Assembly (NCBI GenBank): GCA_964552055.1 | Contig: CAZKFL010000004.1 | Span: 28,892-91,219 of the forward strand | DNA length: 62,328 nt | Source: an uncultured bacterium | GTDB lineage: Bacteria > Chlamydiota > Chlamydiia > Chlamydiales > 2-12-FULL-49-11 | Reading direction: 5' to 3' | Shown here: piece after piece, positions 45,901 through 54,774 of the stretch | Layout: every line of letters starts with the position of its first letter | Position numbering within the stretch: the first letter of the stretch is position 1 | Made by a program: the position numbers and the translations under genes | Notes under the pieces: model-generated | Seen by the model: only the letters and a program-made list of their open reading frames with translations | Told to the model about the DNA's origin: nothing | Databases searched by the model: none

Positions 45901-46521
45901 TTTCATGGATGTCGTCTTACATTAAATTATGATAGCAAGAAAGAAGTTATGGATATTACTATTTCCATGTATGGTCCAAGAGAAATAAGGGGTAAAATTG
46001 AAAGATGGAAATTAATTCATGAAACGTTTGAACCCGTTTTGAAATATTTAGATATCTCTGTAAGAGAATTGAGATACGGGGAACATGGTATTGATATTGC
46101 ATTTGCAATTCCATTAAATGGGGGTGAGGAAAGGAAGGTTAATGGTCAAAAATTAGTCGGTGAATATTTACGCGCAGGAGGAACGGGTGTATTTTCATTA
46201 TTAGAATTAATGCCTCCAGAATGTCAAACACTTGAATTAGTGAAAAAGGAAATGGATCGATTTCCGCTTCTTTGTCGATTTGTACGTCCTGATTTATTAA
46301 CAGATGAAGTGGCTGAAATGATATTGCAACAGGAGTCTGGCTTATCAATATATCTTCCTGTTCAATATCAAACACCTGAGCGAGTCATAATAGCCGTTAA
46401 GAGAAATGGCCTTTTCCTGCAGTTTGTGCATCCTTCTTGTAGAACACCTGAAGTAATTGATGCTGCGATAAAGCAAAATCCTAGTGCAGCAAAATTTTTA
46501 GTAGAAAATGAGTCCGATTAG
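42940..46521 (+). CDS. PEP-synthase/PPDK-type dikinase: ATP-grasp domain, phospho-His domain, unknown domain and DUF4116-like repeats
   Basis: GYKTSNL, VPAFI, IRST..EDS...SNAG, DVEL.I....YLLQARP, TSH463YAVFFRGRGLPII; C-terminal AVKRNGLFLQFV / AIKQNPSA repeats. Confidence 0.78.
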   Translation: MADPIIPRIPPPEVQIDFSVEREDASSADESLALAAAGIVSHLSSDETLAHRSITKLREIDLNALPPPLGRGFGYKTSNLINLSEIAKENGCEVPAFIPLSHTECLEHIRKTYPTIYEDYSEFLSLLGNPPILSESCKAILYKIREGIFHAFNNEGNLFKLEKCKLETLHSEYIAIRSTGKEDSTTNSNAGGNFSNPFVRKDERSISRNIGEVIASYFSERSISQRIASKDASLIEDREPFMPVLIQTAVYEPIEGDTPPELQPRSAVLFVGKAMSELSMGLGHNKGVVEASIAADAIIMPRFGRISYSVEVKKSRFRAIVDKDGSIACVEVPCDKKTAEAPALSDGMLSRLRGIANAIFDYYQMEMDVELTIIGDVIYLLQARPLITPKSDPSYLELNDDVIVGSALTVGGSSVQEISSKENIIICNTINEAYREYKKRDAEGQSELVKGIIIRRGAPRTSHYAVFFRGRGLPIIIANQKIEFGYPYFIDPQQGVIAQDGRKKEGYICYPIPLKYSMQTNEVIKASAVQAVKICKDAPKKSSILSVQDIRDRLNLIKFGSLEDANRASFDLIHFVYSLSKKRGITPFSRTELVMILGNLMYIATDDRIEPLYKARLIEACFFQTGEGIVGGFSVIRSLGAIRDQTLGALGLGFDPSKEKEAHLEDILFVKVGRQFLQEDLQIQWASMLDALIEVPFEEKEKVKDLLLQIDAINGLTEFVNVVLVRILNDSGSISEVVAKLVTLKKDMLPVLNKVREIQQFVGEIRGSLQAWSTSEHIRKRLPWLQQRLLDLDLTLEEGCVYSMIQSASPEAKLIYVQAIREAVGAYDDLIKQCTGSENYLNYMDQATDFFALLHPYRKLMKALSATPYDSRSYSLILPSGELTEAKAKGLMEISPGFDVALLINPWNNTDVQPAETFEEKFTLFHQTMMESLSKLSLESGLSDGVLPKQFLEFMSGIKNGYFNKKQLIGIHINGSYIIAEYNIKLCFHGCRLTLNYDSKKEVMDITISMYGPREIRGKIERWKLIHETFEPVLKYLDISVRELRYGEHGIDIAFAIPLNGGEERKVNGQKLVGEYLRAGGTGVFSLLELMPPECQTLELVKKEMDRFPLLCRFVRPDLLTDEVAEMILQQESGLSIYLPVQYQTPERVIIAVKRNGLFLQFVHPSCRTPEVIDAAIKQNPSAAKFLVENESD

Positions 46522-48746
46522 AAAGTGCTGGTTGGATCGACGTCTATTAGCAAGTGGATACTTTTAGGTTTTTTTAGTGTGAGTGATCTGAGTATCGGTG
46601 TGATCTTTAGTATGTTATTGCCCTTGATGAGGCATTGAAAGCGGTGTTTGTCTTTGATTTTTGCTTTGCCACAGGGAATGATTGTGTGTAGAGTGAAACC
46701 TTGTGGAAGCGCTTTTTTAAGGGCTTTATAGAAGTTTTCCGCATAGCTTAGGATGTGCAGAGGGTTGTTTCCGCTGAAGATGATTTTGACCAGTCTGGTG
46801 AAGGGGGGATAGTCAAATTCTTTTCGTTCAATAAGTTCTGCTTCTGCAAATGTTTTGTAATCATCACTGGCAGCGAGTTTAATGATGGGGTGGTCGAAGA
46901 GGAAGCTTTGGATAACGACCTCACCTGGCATGTGGCCACGGCCTGATCTGCCTGCGACTTGGGTGATGAGGCTAAAGACGTGCTCGTTTGCTCTGAAGTC
47001 GGGGATGTGGAGGCCGCTATCGGCACCTAAAACGCCGACGAGGGTGACTGAGGGGAAGTGGAGTCCTTTGGCAATCATTTGGGTGCCGATCAGGATGTCC
47101 GCTTTTCCAGTGCGAAATTCTCCAAAGATACGGTCGTGACTTCCTTTATGTTTTGTAGTATCTCTGTCCATTCGGAGAGTACGAATACCTGGAAAGATTG
47201 CATGAAGGGAGCGTTCGACTTGCTCGGTGCCTGGTCCTTGGTATTTCATGGTATCAGGTTTATGGCAGCTTGGGCAGATTTCGATGGGTGGTTTAAGGGT
47301 GAATCCGCAAATGTGACAGGATAGGATATTGAGTCCTCTATGGAAGGTGAGGCTCATATCACAGTGTTTGCAGGAGATCGCTTTCTGGCATTCCTTACAG
47401 ATTTGGCAGCTGTAGTAACCGCGCCGATTGAGAAATAGTATGGTTTGGGATCCAGCATCATAATTTTTCTTAATTTTATCAAGCAGAACATCTGATAGAA
47501 GGGCTCCGCCTTTTTTTTTGTCCATTTCGTCTCTCATGTTCACTATGTGAACAGTCGGCTTTTCTCCGCTCGGACGGGTATTTAGTTCGTGGAGAATGTA
47601 TTTTCCATTTTTAGCATTGACATAGGTTTCTAAAGAGGGGGTGGCGCTTCCTAAAATAACTGTTGCATTTGTGAGCTTTCCTCGGACAACAGCAACATCT
47701 CTTGCGTGGTAGCAGGGAGAATCTTCGTATTGCTTGTAGGAACTTTCGTGCTCCTCATCCACAATGATCAGTCCAAGATTTGGTAGGGGGCTAAAAACAG
47801 CTGATCTAGCTCCAATGACAATTTGAATTTCCCCTTTTCGTAAATGATGCCACGTGTCAAACCGCTCTCCATCGCTTAATCTGTAGTGAATCACTGCAAT
47901 TTGTCTTTGAAATCGGCTCTTTAGCCTTTCAATTGTTTGTCTTGTGAGAGCAATTTCAGGTACCAAAAGAATAACCTGCTTGCCAAGACTCAGCGTGTGA
48001 TCAATTGCTTGCATATAGACTTCAGTTTTTCCACTTCCTGTTATCCCGTGTAGAAGGTGGGTTTTAAAAATGTTGCTATCAATACTTTCGCGAATAGAAT
48101 TCAGCGCTACTGCTTGCTCTTCATTTAAAACTTTTGGTTTAGTGGGGATATATTCCTCGTCATGAAGAGGAGTTCTGTCTACAGTGAGAAGAGCTTTCTC
48201 CAAGATTCCCTTTTTGATGAGAGAGTCTATTGGTGATTGTGTGATACCATCTAGTTCGAGTAACTCAGAAAGAAATAATCCTTTTGGATTTCTTAAGATA
48301 ACATCGAGCACAGCTGCCTGTTTGGGAAACTTAATTCGGATTTGGTCTGTAAATTCAATCAACTTAGGTCCCGAAATTGCCTTTTGAATGACAATTTGCT
48401 GCTTTTCACTCATTTCTTTTCGGACAATTGATGGTAGAAGAGTAAGCAAAACTTTGCTCATCGGGGCTGCATAGTATCTGGAAATCCAGTCTGCAAGCTC
48501 AAGTAAGTCAGGTGTTAGTAAATTTTGATCATGAAGTATTTCAGAAATTTCCTTCACATTAGTAAATAGAGAGGTAGTCTCAATGGAAATAATTGTTCCC
48601 TTGCGCGGTTTTTCCCTCACAGGAACAACTACTCTGTGTCCAGCCTTTGCAGTTTTTTGCAAATGCAGAGGAATTGCGTAATCAAGTGGGCGATCAATTG
48701 CCTGATCAAGAACAACTTTTGCAAATAGTGTCATCTTTACAATCAT
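46518..48746 (-). CDS. priA: Primosomal protein N'
   Basis: LLHGITGSGKTEVY, GARSAVF.P, IIVDEEHE.SYKQ, FLNRRGY, CxxC zinc knuckles, QVAGRSGR. Confidence 0.97.
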   Translation of the reverse strand: MIVKMTLFAKVVLDQAIDRPLDYAIPLHLQKTAKAGHRVVVPVREKPRKGTIISIETTSLFTNVKEISEILHDQNLLTPDLLELADWISRYYAAPMSKVLLTLLPSIVRKEMSEKQQIVIQKAISGPKLIEFTDQIRIKFPKQAAVLDVILRNPKGLFLSELLELDGITQSPIDSLIKKGILEKALLTVDRTPLHDEEYIPTKPKVLNEEQAVALNSIRESIDSNIFKTHLLHGITGSGKTEVYMQAIDHTLSLGKQVILLVPEIALTRQTIERLKSRFQRQIAVIHYRLSDGERFDTWHHLRKGEIQIVIGARSAVFSPLPNLGLIIVDEEHESSYKQYEDSPCYHARDVAVVRGKLTNATVILGSATPSLETYVNAKNGKYILHELNTRPSGEKPTVHIVNMRDEMDKKKGGALLSDVLLDKIKKNYDAGSQTILFLNRRGYYSCQICKECQKAISCKHCDMSLTFHRGLNILSCHICGFTLKPPIEICPSCHKPDTMKYQGPGTEQVERSLHAIFPGIRTLRMDRDTTKHKGSHDRIFGEFRTGKADILIGTQMIAKGLHFPSVTLVGVLGADSGLHIPDFRANEHVFSLITQVAGRSGRGHMPGEVVIQSFLFDHPIIKLAASDDYKTFAEAELIERKEFDYPPFTRLVKIIFSGNNPLHILSYAENFYKALKKALPQGFTLHTIIPCGKAKIKDKHRFQCLIKGNNILKITPILRSLTLKKPKSIHLLIDVDPTSTF

Positions 48747-48821
48747 ACCATAAAAAATCGTATTTGCACTAATAGATTGAATAAATTAAGATGTCTTAAA
48801 GAAACTCTTAAGGAGAAATAA

Positions 48822-49673
48822 ATGTCAGTTGCAGCAACGATCATTGAAGGAATAGTTGAAGTGCCTAAAGGCGCTACAAGCTATTGTGATTTTTTTAAAG
48901 GAGACCTTTTTAATAGAGGAAGTCAAGTAGCTACTATTGCATTTGCGGTGGGCGCAATTGCTTATCTTATTTTTGGTTCCATTCAAGCAGATCCTAAAGT
49001 ATACGGTCTCTGCATTGTTATTGCTCTTATTTCTCTGCAGAATGCTTGGTCTTTGCAAAGAGTGATAGAGCTCGGTGGTTATGAACGGCAAAATGCGAGA
49101 TTAGAAAGACGTGTAGAAGCCCTCTCAGAAAAAGTTAATGAGTTTGCGATAGAAATTACACGAATGCATGGAGAGGTGACAAGATTTGAAGTTGAAAATG
49201 CTAGACTTGAGGAGACAAGAGCCGAATTAGCGGCTGATGTAGGAAGATTTACAACGGAAAACAGCGCGCTTCATCAAACAAGAAATGAATTAACAACTGA
49301 AGTGGATCGATTAAAAAGCGTGCAGGTAGCATTGCAAGGTGTTGTTACATCTCTTTCAGGAAGTGCTGATGCAACAGAGCTCTATATAAAAAAAGAGCAA
49401 GAGCTTCATGCAAGGCATCAAGAGCTATTAGCACGAGAGGAAGCGCTTCAAAAAGAGGAAGAAGAGTTACTAAAAAGACTTGCAAGAGATGTTGGACGGT
49501 TAGAGGATATTGTTAGGTCAAGAAATAATGTTTGTATTGCTCTTATTAGACGAGTCATCCCCTTGCACATAATTGCAAATAATTTAGCTGATAGAATGAG
49601 CTTCATTAGAGAAAAAAATCCGGAGCTTGTTGAAGAGGCAAGACTTGCAATTAGGGCTAGGAGACTTTCGTAA
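48822..49673 (+). CDS. IncA-like inclusion membrane protein candidate
   Basis: Bilobed hydrophobic segment (VATIAFAVGAIAYLIFG-QADPK-VYGLCIVIALISL) followed by ~190 aa of heptad-rich coiled coil. Confidence 0.65.
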   Translation: MSVAATIIEGIVEVPKGATSYCDFFKGDLFNRGSQVATIAFAVGAIAYLIFGSIQADPKVYGLCIVIALISLQNAWSLQRVIELGGYERQNARLERRVEALSEKVNEFAIEITRMHGEVTRFEVENARLEETRAELAADVGRFTTENSALHQTRNELTTEVDRLKSVQVALQGVVTSLSGSADATELYIKKEQELHARHQELLAREEALQKEEEELLKRLARDVGRLEDIVRSRNNVCIALIRRVIPLHIIANNLADRMSFIREKNPELVEEARLAIRARRLS

Positions 49674-50397
49674 AAAAGCGAGTGAGAGTATTCCAGATTT
49701 CTTTTTTATAAAGAGGGGAGTTTTGAATTTCGGAAAGAGCATAGAGGGGTAGTTTTTCTACTGATTTAAGAAGTCTTCCGGGATACTCTTTAGTGAGCAT
49801 ATGTAGATTTACAGAATGTTTTAACAAAGTAGAGGGAATGATGATCAGCTTAATCTGGGAATGGGCAAGCAGAGGTTTCCAAAGGTTTTTTTCTTCAAAT
49901 TCATGGATATTTACTACTGAAGATTTGCCAAAAGAAGTATTAATTGCTTTTGCAAGACTTGTTAAAAACTCTAAATGGTCTTGAATGGAATGATCGAAGA
50001 GAACCGGAATTTCTGGTAAATCGGATCTTTTATTGGATGCTAAGCGAATTTGCTTTGCTGCATCATCATTTAGCGGCGTCTCTATCAGCTTCATTTTAGG
50101 CGCAATCTTCGCATAAAGAGCGTTCATCTCTTTATCTACCACATGAGCTTCTACCTTAGGTTTTTCAGAAGTAAAAGAGAGCGCTTCAGAAGGCAGAGTT
50201 TCTTCCTCTACTATCTCTTCCTTTTTAATATCAGGCACTACTTTTTTAGGGGGAACGGGTATCTGCGGACGGAGAATAACCGTTTCCTTTTTCAGGGCAG
50301 GCTTTAGCGGCACAATAGAGTGCAGCATAAGAAAATCTTTCTTGTCGCCAAAGTTTTCTAAGAGGTAAGTTTTCAGATCCTGGATGAGCTCTTGCAT
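49657..50397 (-). CDS. Hypothetical protein, probably conserved in chlamydiae
   Basis: 246-aa ORF next to priA, matching a hypothetical gene position as I recall it in Chlamydia. Confidence 0.6.
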   Translation of the reverse strand: MQELIQDLKTYLLENFGDKKDFLMLHSIVPLKPALKKETVILRPQIPVPPKKVVPDIKKEEIVEEETLPSEALSFTSEKPKVEAHVVDKEMNALYAKIAPKMKLIETPLNDDAAKQIRLASNKRSDLPEIPVLFDHSIQDHLEFLTSLAKAINTSFGKSSVVNIHEFEEKNLWKPLLAHSQIKLIIIPSTLLKHSVNLHMLTKEYPGRLLKSVEKLPLYALSEIQNSPLYKKEIWNTLTRFFTKVS

Positions 50398-50469
50398 ATC
50401 ATCTCATCATACCACAGAAGTTTTAAACTACGCAAGATTCGGATACATTAAAGGTTTTAAGGTAGATTC

Positions 50470-51399
50470 TTAGAGGGAAAATAATGCTTTTGTGTAACTT
50501 ATGGGATCGAAAGGAGCGATGTCGTCAATTTGTTCGCCGAAGGTGAGGTATTTGATGGGGATTTTGAGTTCGCGGTAGATGGATAGGGCAATGCCTCCTT
50601 TTGAAGAGCTGTCGATCTTGGTGAGGATAAGGCCTGTAAGGGGAGCAAATTTGTGAAAGATGCGGGCTTGTTCGAGGGCTGTTTGGCCAAGGGTAGAGTC
50701 AATAATGAGGTAGGTTTCATGGGGGGCGGTTTCGTCAAATTTATGGGCGATTCTTGTCAGTTTTTCGAGCTCGTGCATGAGGTCTGTTTTTGATTCAAGA
50801 CGGCCTGCAGTATCACAAAGTATGGTTGTATAATCTTTAGCCCTTCCTTTCATAAGGGCATCATAGAGGACTCCGGAGGAATCTGCGCCTGTGTGAGTTT
50901 TAACAAGGTCGATGCCTGTTTTTGTGGCCCAAAGATCTAGTTGTTCGATGGCGGCTGCTCTAAAGGTATCTCCTGCAGCGATCAGAACTTTTTCCCCATC
51001 CTCTTTATAAAGGTTAGCAAGTTTCGCAAGAGTTGTAGTTTTGCCTGCTCCGTTTACGCCAACAATAAGAATGAGTTTTGAATAACCTATTGGTGGTGAG
51101 GAAGTTGATATTTTGCTAGGTTCTTCTAACAGCGCCGCAGAGGTTTTTTGCAGCTCAAGTAGATAGTCCGCAGGTTTTGCTTTGGGATTTTTTTTGTGGA
51201 ACTTTTGGATGACTTCAATGAATTCGGATACGATTATAGATCCAAGGCCTGCCTCATAAAGCACTTTTTCAAGGTTTTCTAGGGTTTCATCGTCAAGCGG
51301 CCTTCTAAAAATAGCTCCAAGCTCGGTTGTAAAGTAGCTGGCTGTTTTGGAGAGTGCTTTCTTAAGTTTATGAAAACCAGTCTTAAAGAGACTAAACAT
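50470..51399 (-). CDS. ftsY: Signal recognition particle receptor
   Basis: GVNGAGKTTT, GDTFRAAA, DTAGRL, TKID..SKGG. Confidence 0.97.
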   Translation of the reverse strand: MFSLFKTGFHKLKKALSKTASYFTTELGAIFRRPLDDETLENLEKVLYEAGLGSIIVSEFIEVIQKFHKKNPKAKPADYLLELQKTSAALLEEPSKISTSSPPIGYSKLILIVGVNGAGKTTTLAKLANLYKEDGEKVLIAAGDTFRAAAIEQLDLWATKTGIDLVKTHTGADSSGVLYDALMKGRAKDYTTILCDTAGRLESKTDLMHELEKLTRIAHKFDETAPHETYLIIDSTLGQTALEQARIFHKFAPLTGLILTKIDSSSKGGIALSIYRELKIPIKYLTFGEQIDDIAPFDPISYTKALFSL

Positions 51400-51455
51400 A
51401 AATTAGACCTTGAATTTTGCTAAAGTGTAACACATAACAATAATAGAGGGAAATT

Positions 51456-52622
51456 ATGAATATACATGAATATCAAGCAAAGCATATTTTAATGGGGTAT
51501 CAGATTCCCTGTCAAAGATTTAGGATTGTTTCAAGACCTGAGGATATAGAAGAAGCTATTGACGCTTTGGGCGTTACTGAAGCTGTTATTAAGGTTCAAG
51601 TTCATGCTGGCGGTAGGGGCAAGGCAGGTGGTGTTAAAATTGCGAAGTCTCGCCAAGAGATCATTCAAAAGACAAAAGAGCTTTTAGGTATGAAGATTGT
51701 GACCAAGCAAACTGGGCCTGAAGGAATTATTTGTCATGAAGTGATGATTTCGGAATTAGCTGATATTGCTAAGGAATATTATGTGGGTCTGCTTGTTGAC
51801 AGAGCAGAAGCAAAGCCACTGCTTATGGTCTCTCCGGATGGTGGGACTGAAATTGAAGAGATTGCTGAAAAATCGCCTGAAAGGATCTTAAAAGTTCATT
51901 TTGAGTTAGATGGTAATATTCATGAACTTAGCTTAGATACTGTCTGCCGCTTTATGGATTGGACAGGTGATTTGAAAGAAGAAGGAAAAATATTTTTAAG
52001 AAATCTCTGTAAAGCGTTTGTCGAAAAGGATGGGGACATACTGGAAGTCAACCCATTAATTGAGGACAAAGAGGGGCACTTGTGGGCGTTAGATGCTAAA
52101 TTTGCAATCGATGATAATGCGTTATTTAGACATCCTGAAATTAAGGCAATGTATGATCCAAGTCAGTCATCTCCTGAAGAAGCGGTTGCTCATGATATGG
52201 ATTTGGCCTACATAGCGCTTGATGGAAATATTGGGTGTATGGTTAATGGCGCAGGTCTTGCTATGGCTACAATGGACTTGATCAAGTACCATGGTGGAGC
52301 GCCTGCAAATTTTTTAGATGTAGGTGGTGGCGCTAATAAGGAAAAAGTATCAAAAAGCTTTGCGTTAATTCTAAGTGACTTAAATGTGAAGGCGATTCTG
52401 GTAAATATTTTTGGTGGGATCATGCGCTGCGATGTGATTGCAGAAGGAATTATTGATGCTGCTAAAGAGCTTCATATCAAGGTGCCTTTGATTGTTCGTT
52501 TAGAGGGTACGAATGTGGAGAAGGGAAAAGAGCTATTACGAAATTCGGGGCTAAAAATAATAGCCGCTGATGATTTAACCGATGCAGCCAAAAAGGTGGT
52601 CGAACATGCCCATTCTAATTGA
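51456..52622 (+). CDS. sucC: Succinyl-CoA synthetase beta subunit
   Basis: [47 protein letters not shown]. Confidence 0.98.
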   Translation: MNIHEYQAKHILMGYQIPCQRFRIVSRPEDIEEAIDALGVTEAVIKVQVHAGGRGKAGGVKIAKSRQEIIQKTKELLGMKIVTKQTGPEGIICHEVMISELADIAKEYYVGLLVDRAEAKPLLMVSPDGGTEIEEIAEKSPERILKVHFELDGNIHELSLDTVCRFMDWTGDLKEEGKIFLRNLCKAFVEKDGDILEVNPLIEDKEGHLWALDAKFAIDDNALFRHPEIKAMYDPSQSSPEEAVAHDMDLAYIALDGNIGCMVNGAGLAMATMDLIKYHGGAPANFLDVGGGANKEKVSKSFALILSDLNVKAILVNIFGGIMRCDVIAEGIIDAAKELHIKVPLIVRLEGTNVEKGKELLRNSGLKIIAADDLTDAAKKVVEHAHSN

Positions 52623-53478
52623 TAAAAATACGAGACTCATTTGTCAGGGAATTACAGGGAGCGCCGGTAGCTTTCATACAGAGCAATGTTATGAGTATGG
52701 GACTTTAATAGTTGGTGGGGTGACACCTGGAAAAGGAGGAACTGAAACAGAGATTGGTATTCCGGTATTTAATTCTGTGAAAGATTGTGTCCTTGCTGTA
52801 AAGCCTGATGCCACAATGATTTTTGTTCCGCCGAAATTTGCAGCAAATGCCATAATTGAGGCTGAGGAAGCAGGGATCAAGTTAATTATTTGTATCACAG
52901 AAGGGATTCCTATTTTTGATATGCTTAAAGTTAAAAAAATTATGAGTAAAAGCAAATCCCGTCTGATAGGGCCTAACTGTCCAGGTATCATTACGCCAGG
53001 ACAATGCAAGATAGGAATTATGCCAGGCTACATACATCAGCCTGGAAAAGTTGGGATTGTATCAAGATCTGGCACGCTGACTTATGAAGCTGTATGGCAA
53101 ACCACAAAAAATGGTCTTGGCCAAACTACGTGTGTTGGTATTGGAGGCGATCCAACAAATGGGACCAATTTTATTGATGTTTTGCAAGAATTTGAAAATG
53201 ATCCTGAGACAAAAGGGATATTAATGATTGGTGAGATTGGTGGATCAGCTGAAGAGGAGGCAGCAGAATGGATAAAATCTCACTCTAGCAAACCTGTTGC
53301 AGCCTTTATTGCTGGGCAAACAGCACCATCTGGAAAAAGAATGGGACATGCAGGTGCAATTATTTCTGGTGGAAAAGGGGGCGCAAAGGATAAAATGGAT
53401 GCTTTACAAAAAGCAGGGGTGAATGTCGCACATTCTCCGGCTGATATGGGAAAAGCAATCTGGGAAGCATTAAAATGA
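52606..53478 (+). CDS. sucD: Succinyl-CoA synthetase alpha subunit
   Basis: [30 protein letters not shown] (phospho-His); ATG at 52606. Confidence 0.98.
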   Translation: MPILIDKNTRLICQGITGSAGSFHTEQCYEYGTLIVGGVTPGKGGTETEIGIPVFNSVKDCVLAVKPDATMIFVPPKFAANAIIEAEEAGIKLIICITEGIPIFDMLKVKKIMSKSKSRLIGPNCPGIITPGQCKIGIMPGYIHQPGKVGIVSRSGTLTYEAVWQTTKNGLGQTTCVGIGGDPTNGTNFIDVLQEFENDPETKGILMIGEIGGSAEEEAAEWIKSHSSKPVAAFIAGQTAPSGKRMGHAGAIISGGKGGAKDKMDALQKAGVNVAHSPADMGKAIWEALK

Positions 53479-54086
53479 AAAAAATACCTTTAAAAATTTC
53501 ACCGTTTTTTTTTCTGACAGCAGGTGTAATTGGTTATTTAAATTCTTATTCAATCATTGGAACCGCAGTTTGGATCGGAATTATTTTTGTCTCCGTTCTT
53601 TTTCATGAACTTGGTCACGCAGTAGCGTCAAAAGTTTTTGGTCAAAATCCCCGAATTGAACTCATTGCATTCGGTGGTCTAACAATTCCAGAAGGAATTA
53701 AATTAAAACCGTGGAAAGAGTTCATCGTGATATTGATGGGCCCACTTTTCGGTTTCTTCCTCTTTGTAGGTGCAAGCATAATGCTTCAGTTTCCTTATGG
53801 AACTCCCTTTGTGCGCTCAGTGATTGAGAAATTCCGCTATATCAATTTGTTTTGGACGTTTGTGAATCTATTACCGATCCTTCCTCTTGACGGTGGACAA
53901 CTAGTTAGAGTTGTTTTAGATTGGATATTTGGACCTAAATCGATAAGATTTGCACTTTATGTATCATTCTTTTTTTCAGCAATTCTTTGTGTTGCCTCCT
54001 TTTTAATTGGGCTTTTTTTAATAGGTGCAATCTTTCTTATCTTTGCGGTGCAAAGCATTGAAGGCATCCGCCAGACCCGTACCTAA
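53475..54086 (+). CDS. Site-2 protease (M50 family)
   Basis: HELGH and [11 protein letters not shown] motifs within TM segments. Confidence 0.9.
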   Translation: MKKIPLKISPFFFLTAGVIGYLNSYSIIGTAVWIGIIFVSVLFHELGHAVASKVFGQNPRIELIAFGGLTIPEGIKLKPWKEFIVILMGPLFGFFLFVGASIMLQFPYGTPFVRSVIEKFRYINLFWTFVNLLPILPLDGGQLVRVVLDWIFGPKSIRFALYVSFFFSAILCVASFLIGLFLIGAIFLIFAVQSIEGIRQTRT

Positions 54087-54094
54087 CTTCACAT

Positions 54095-54220
54095 AAAAAA
54101 GAATTCACCGCAGAGGCGCCGAGTACACAGAGGTCGCAGAGAGTAAAAAGACAAAAAAATAAGTAAAATTCTTTCTCTTTTTTATTTTGTTCTCTGCGTC
54201 TCTGCGGTGAATTCTTTTTT
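54095..54220. repeat. CACCGCAGAG-family palindromic element, copy 1
   Basis: Perfect 21-bp IR aaaaaagaattcaccgcagag / ctctgcggtgaattctttttt. Confidence 0.92.
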
Positions 54221-54310
54221 AATTTGTCTTTTAGCTGTCGTTAAATTTTTTTTGTGAGCGAGTTCTCGAGAGGAATTTGCTAAATTGTAAAAAAAAAGTG
54301 TGAAGACCCC

Positions 54311-54339
54311 TTGTCAGTATTGTGTACTTAGCATAAGCT
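54311..54339 (+). promoter_or_regulatory. Sigma66/sigma70-type promoter of hup
   Basis: TTGTCA-N17-TAAGCT, then a GGAGG RBS before GTG 54374. Confidence 0.55.
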
Positions 54340-54373
54340 GGTGATTAACTCTTAACCAATACGGAGGTATCTC

Positions 54374-54646
54374 GTGAATAAAAGTGATCTAATTAATGAT
54401 GTATCTGAAAAAACAGGCTTTACTAAAGCTGATACATTAAAATTTGTTAATGCTTACATTGAAGCAGTATCAAAGTCTCTCAAAAAAGGAAAAGACGTAC
54501 AATTAGTAGGTTTTGGTACTTTTAGAGTTGCTAAGAGAAAAGCAAGAACAGGAAGAAATCCACAGACTGGCAAAGTGTTAAAAATACCTGCCAAGAAAGT
54601 GCCTGCTTTCCGTCCTGGTAAAGCTTTACGTGAAGCTGTTAATTAA
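54374..54646 (+). CDS. hup: Histone-like DNA-binding protein HU
   Basis: MNKSDLI, VQLVGFGTF....RKARTGRNPQTG, PAFRPGK.L. Confidence 0.97.
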   Translation: MNKSDLINDVSEKTGFTKADTLKFVNAYIEAVSKSLKKGKDVQLVGFGTFRVAKRKARTGRNPQTGKVLKIPAKKVPAFRPGKALREAVN

Positions 54647-54676
54647 TTTTGCATTCACTAAGACGTTTGTCTTTAG

Positions 54677-54704
54677 GGCCGGTAGTAATGCCGGTCTTTT
54701 TTTT
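54677..54704 (+). terminator. Intrinsic terminator after hup
   Basis: ggccggta-gtaa-tgccggtc stem (with G-U pairs) followed by T8. Confidence 0.7.
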
Positions 54705-54774
54705 ATCTGGAACATGTGAAAAAAAAATGAAGTTGTGGTAGGATGAAATCTTACGTGAAAAGGAGATAATTTCT

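Noticed and set aside
46748-47324. Cluster of short ORFs on both strands within priA
   Set aside because: Alternative-frame artefacts of the C-rich priA 3' region
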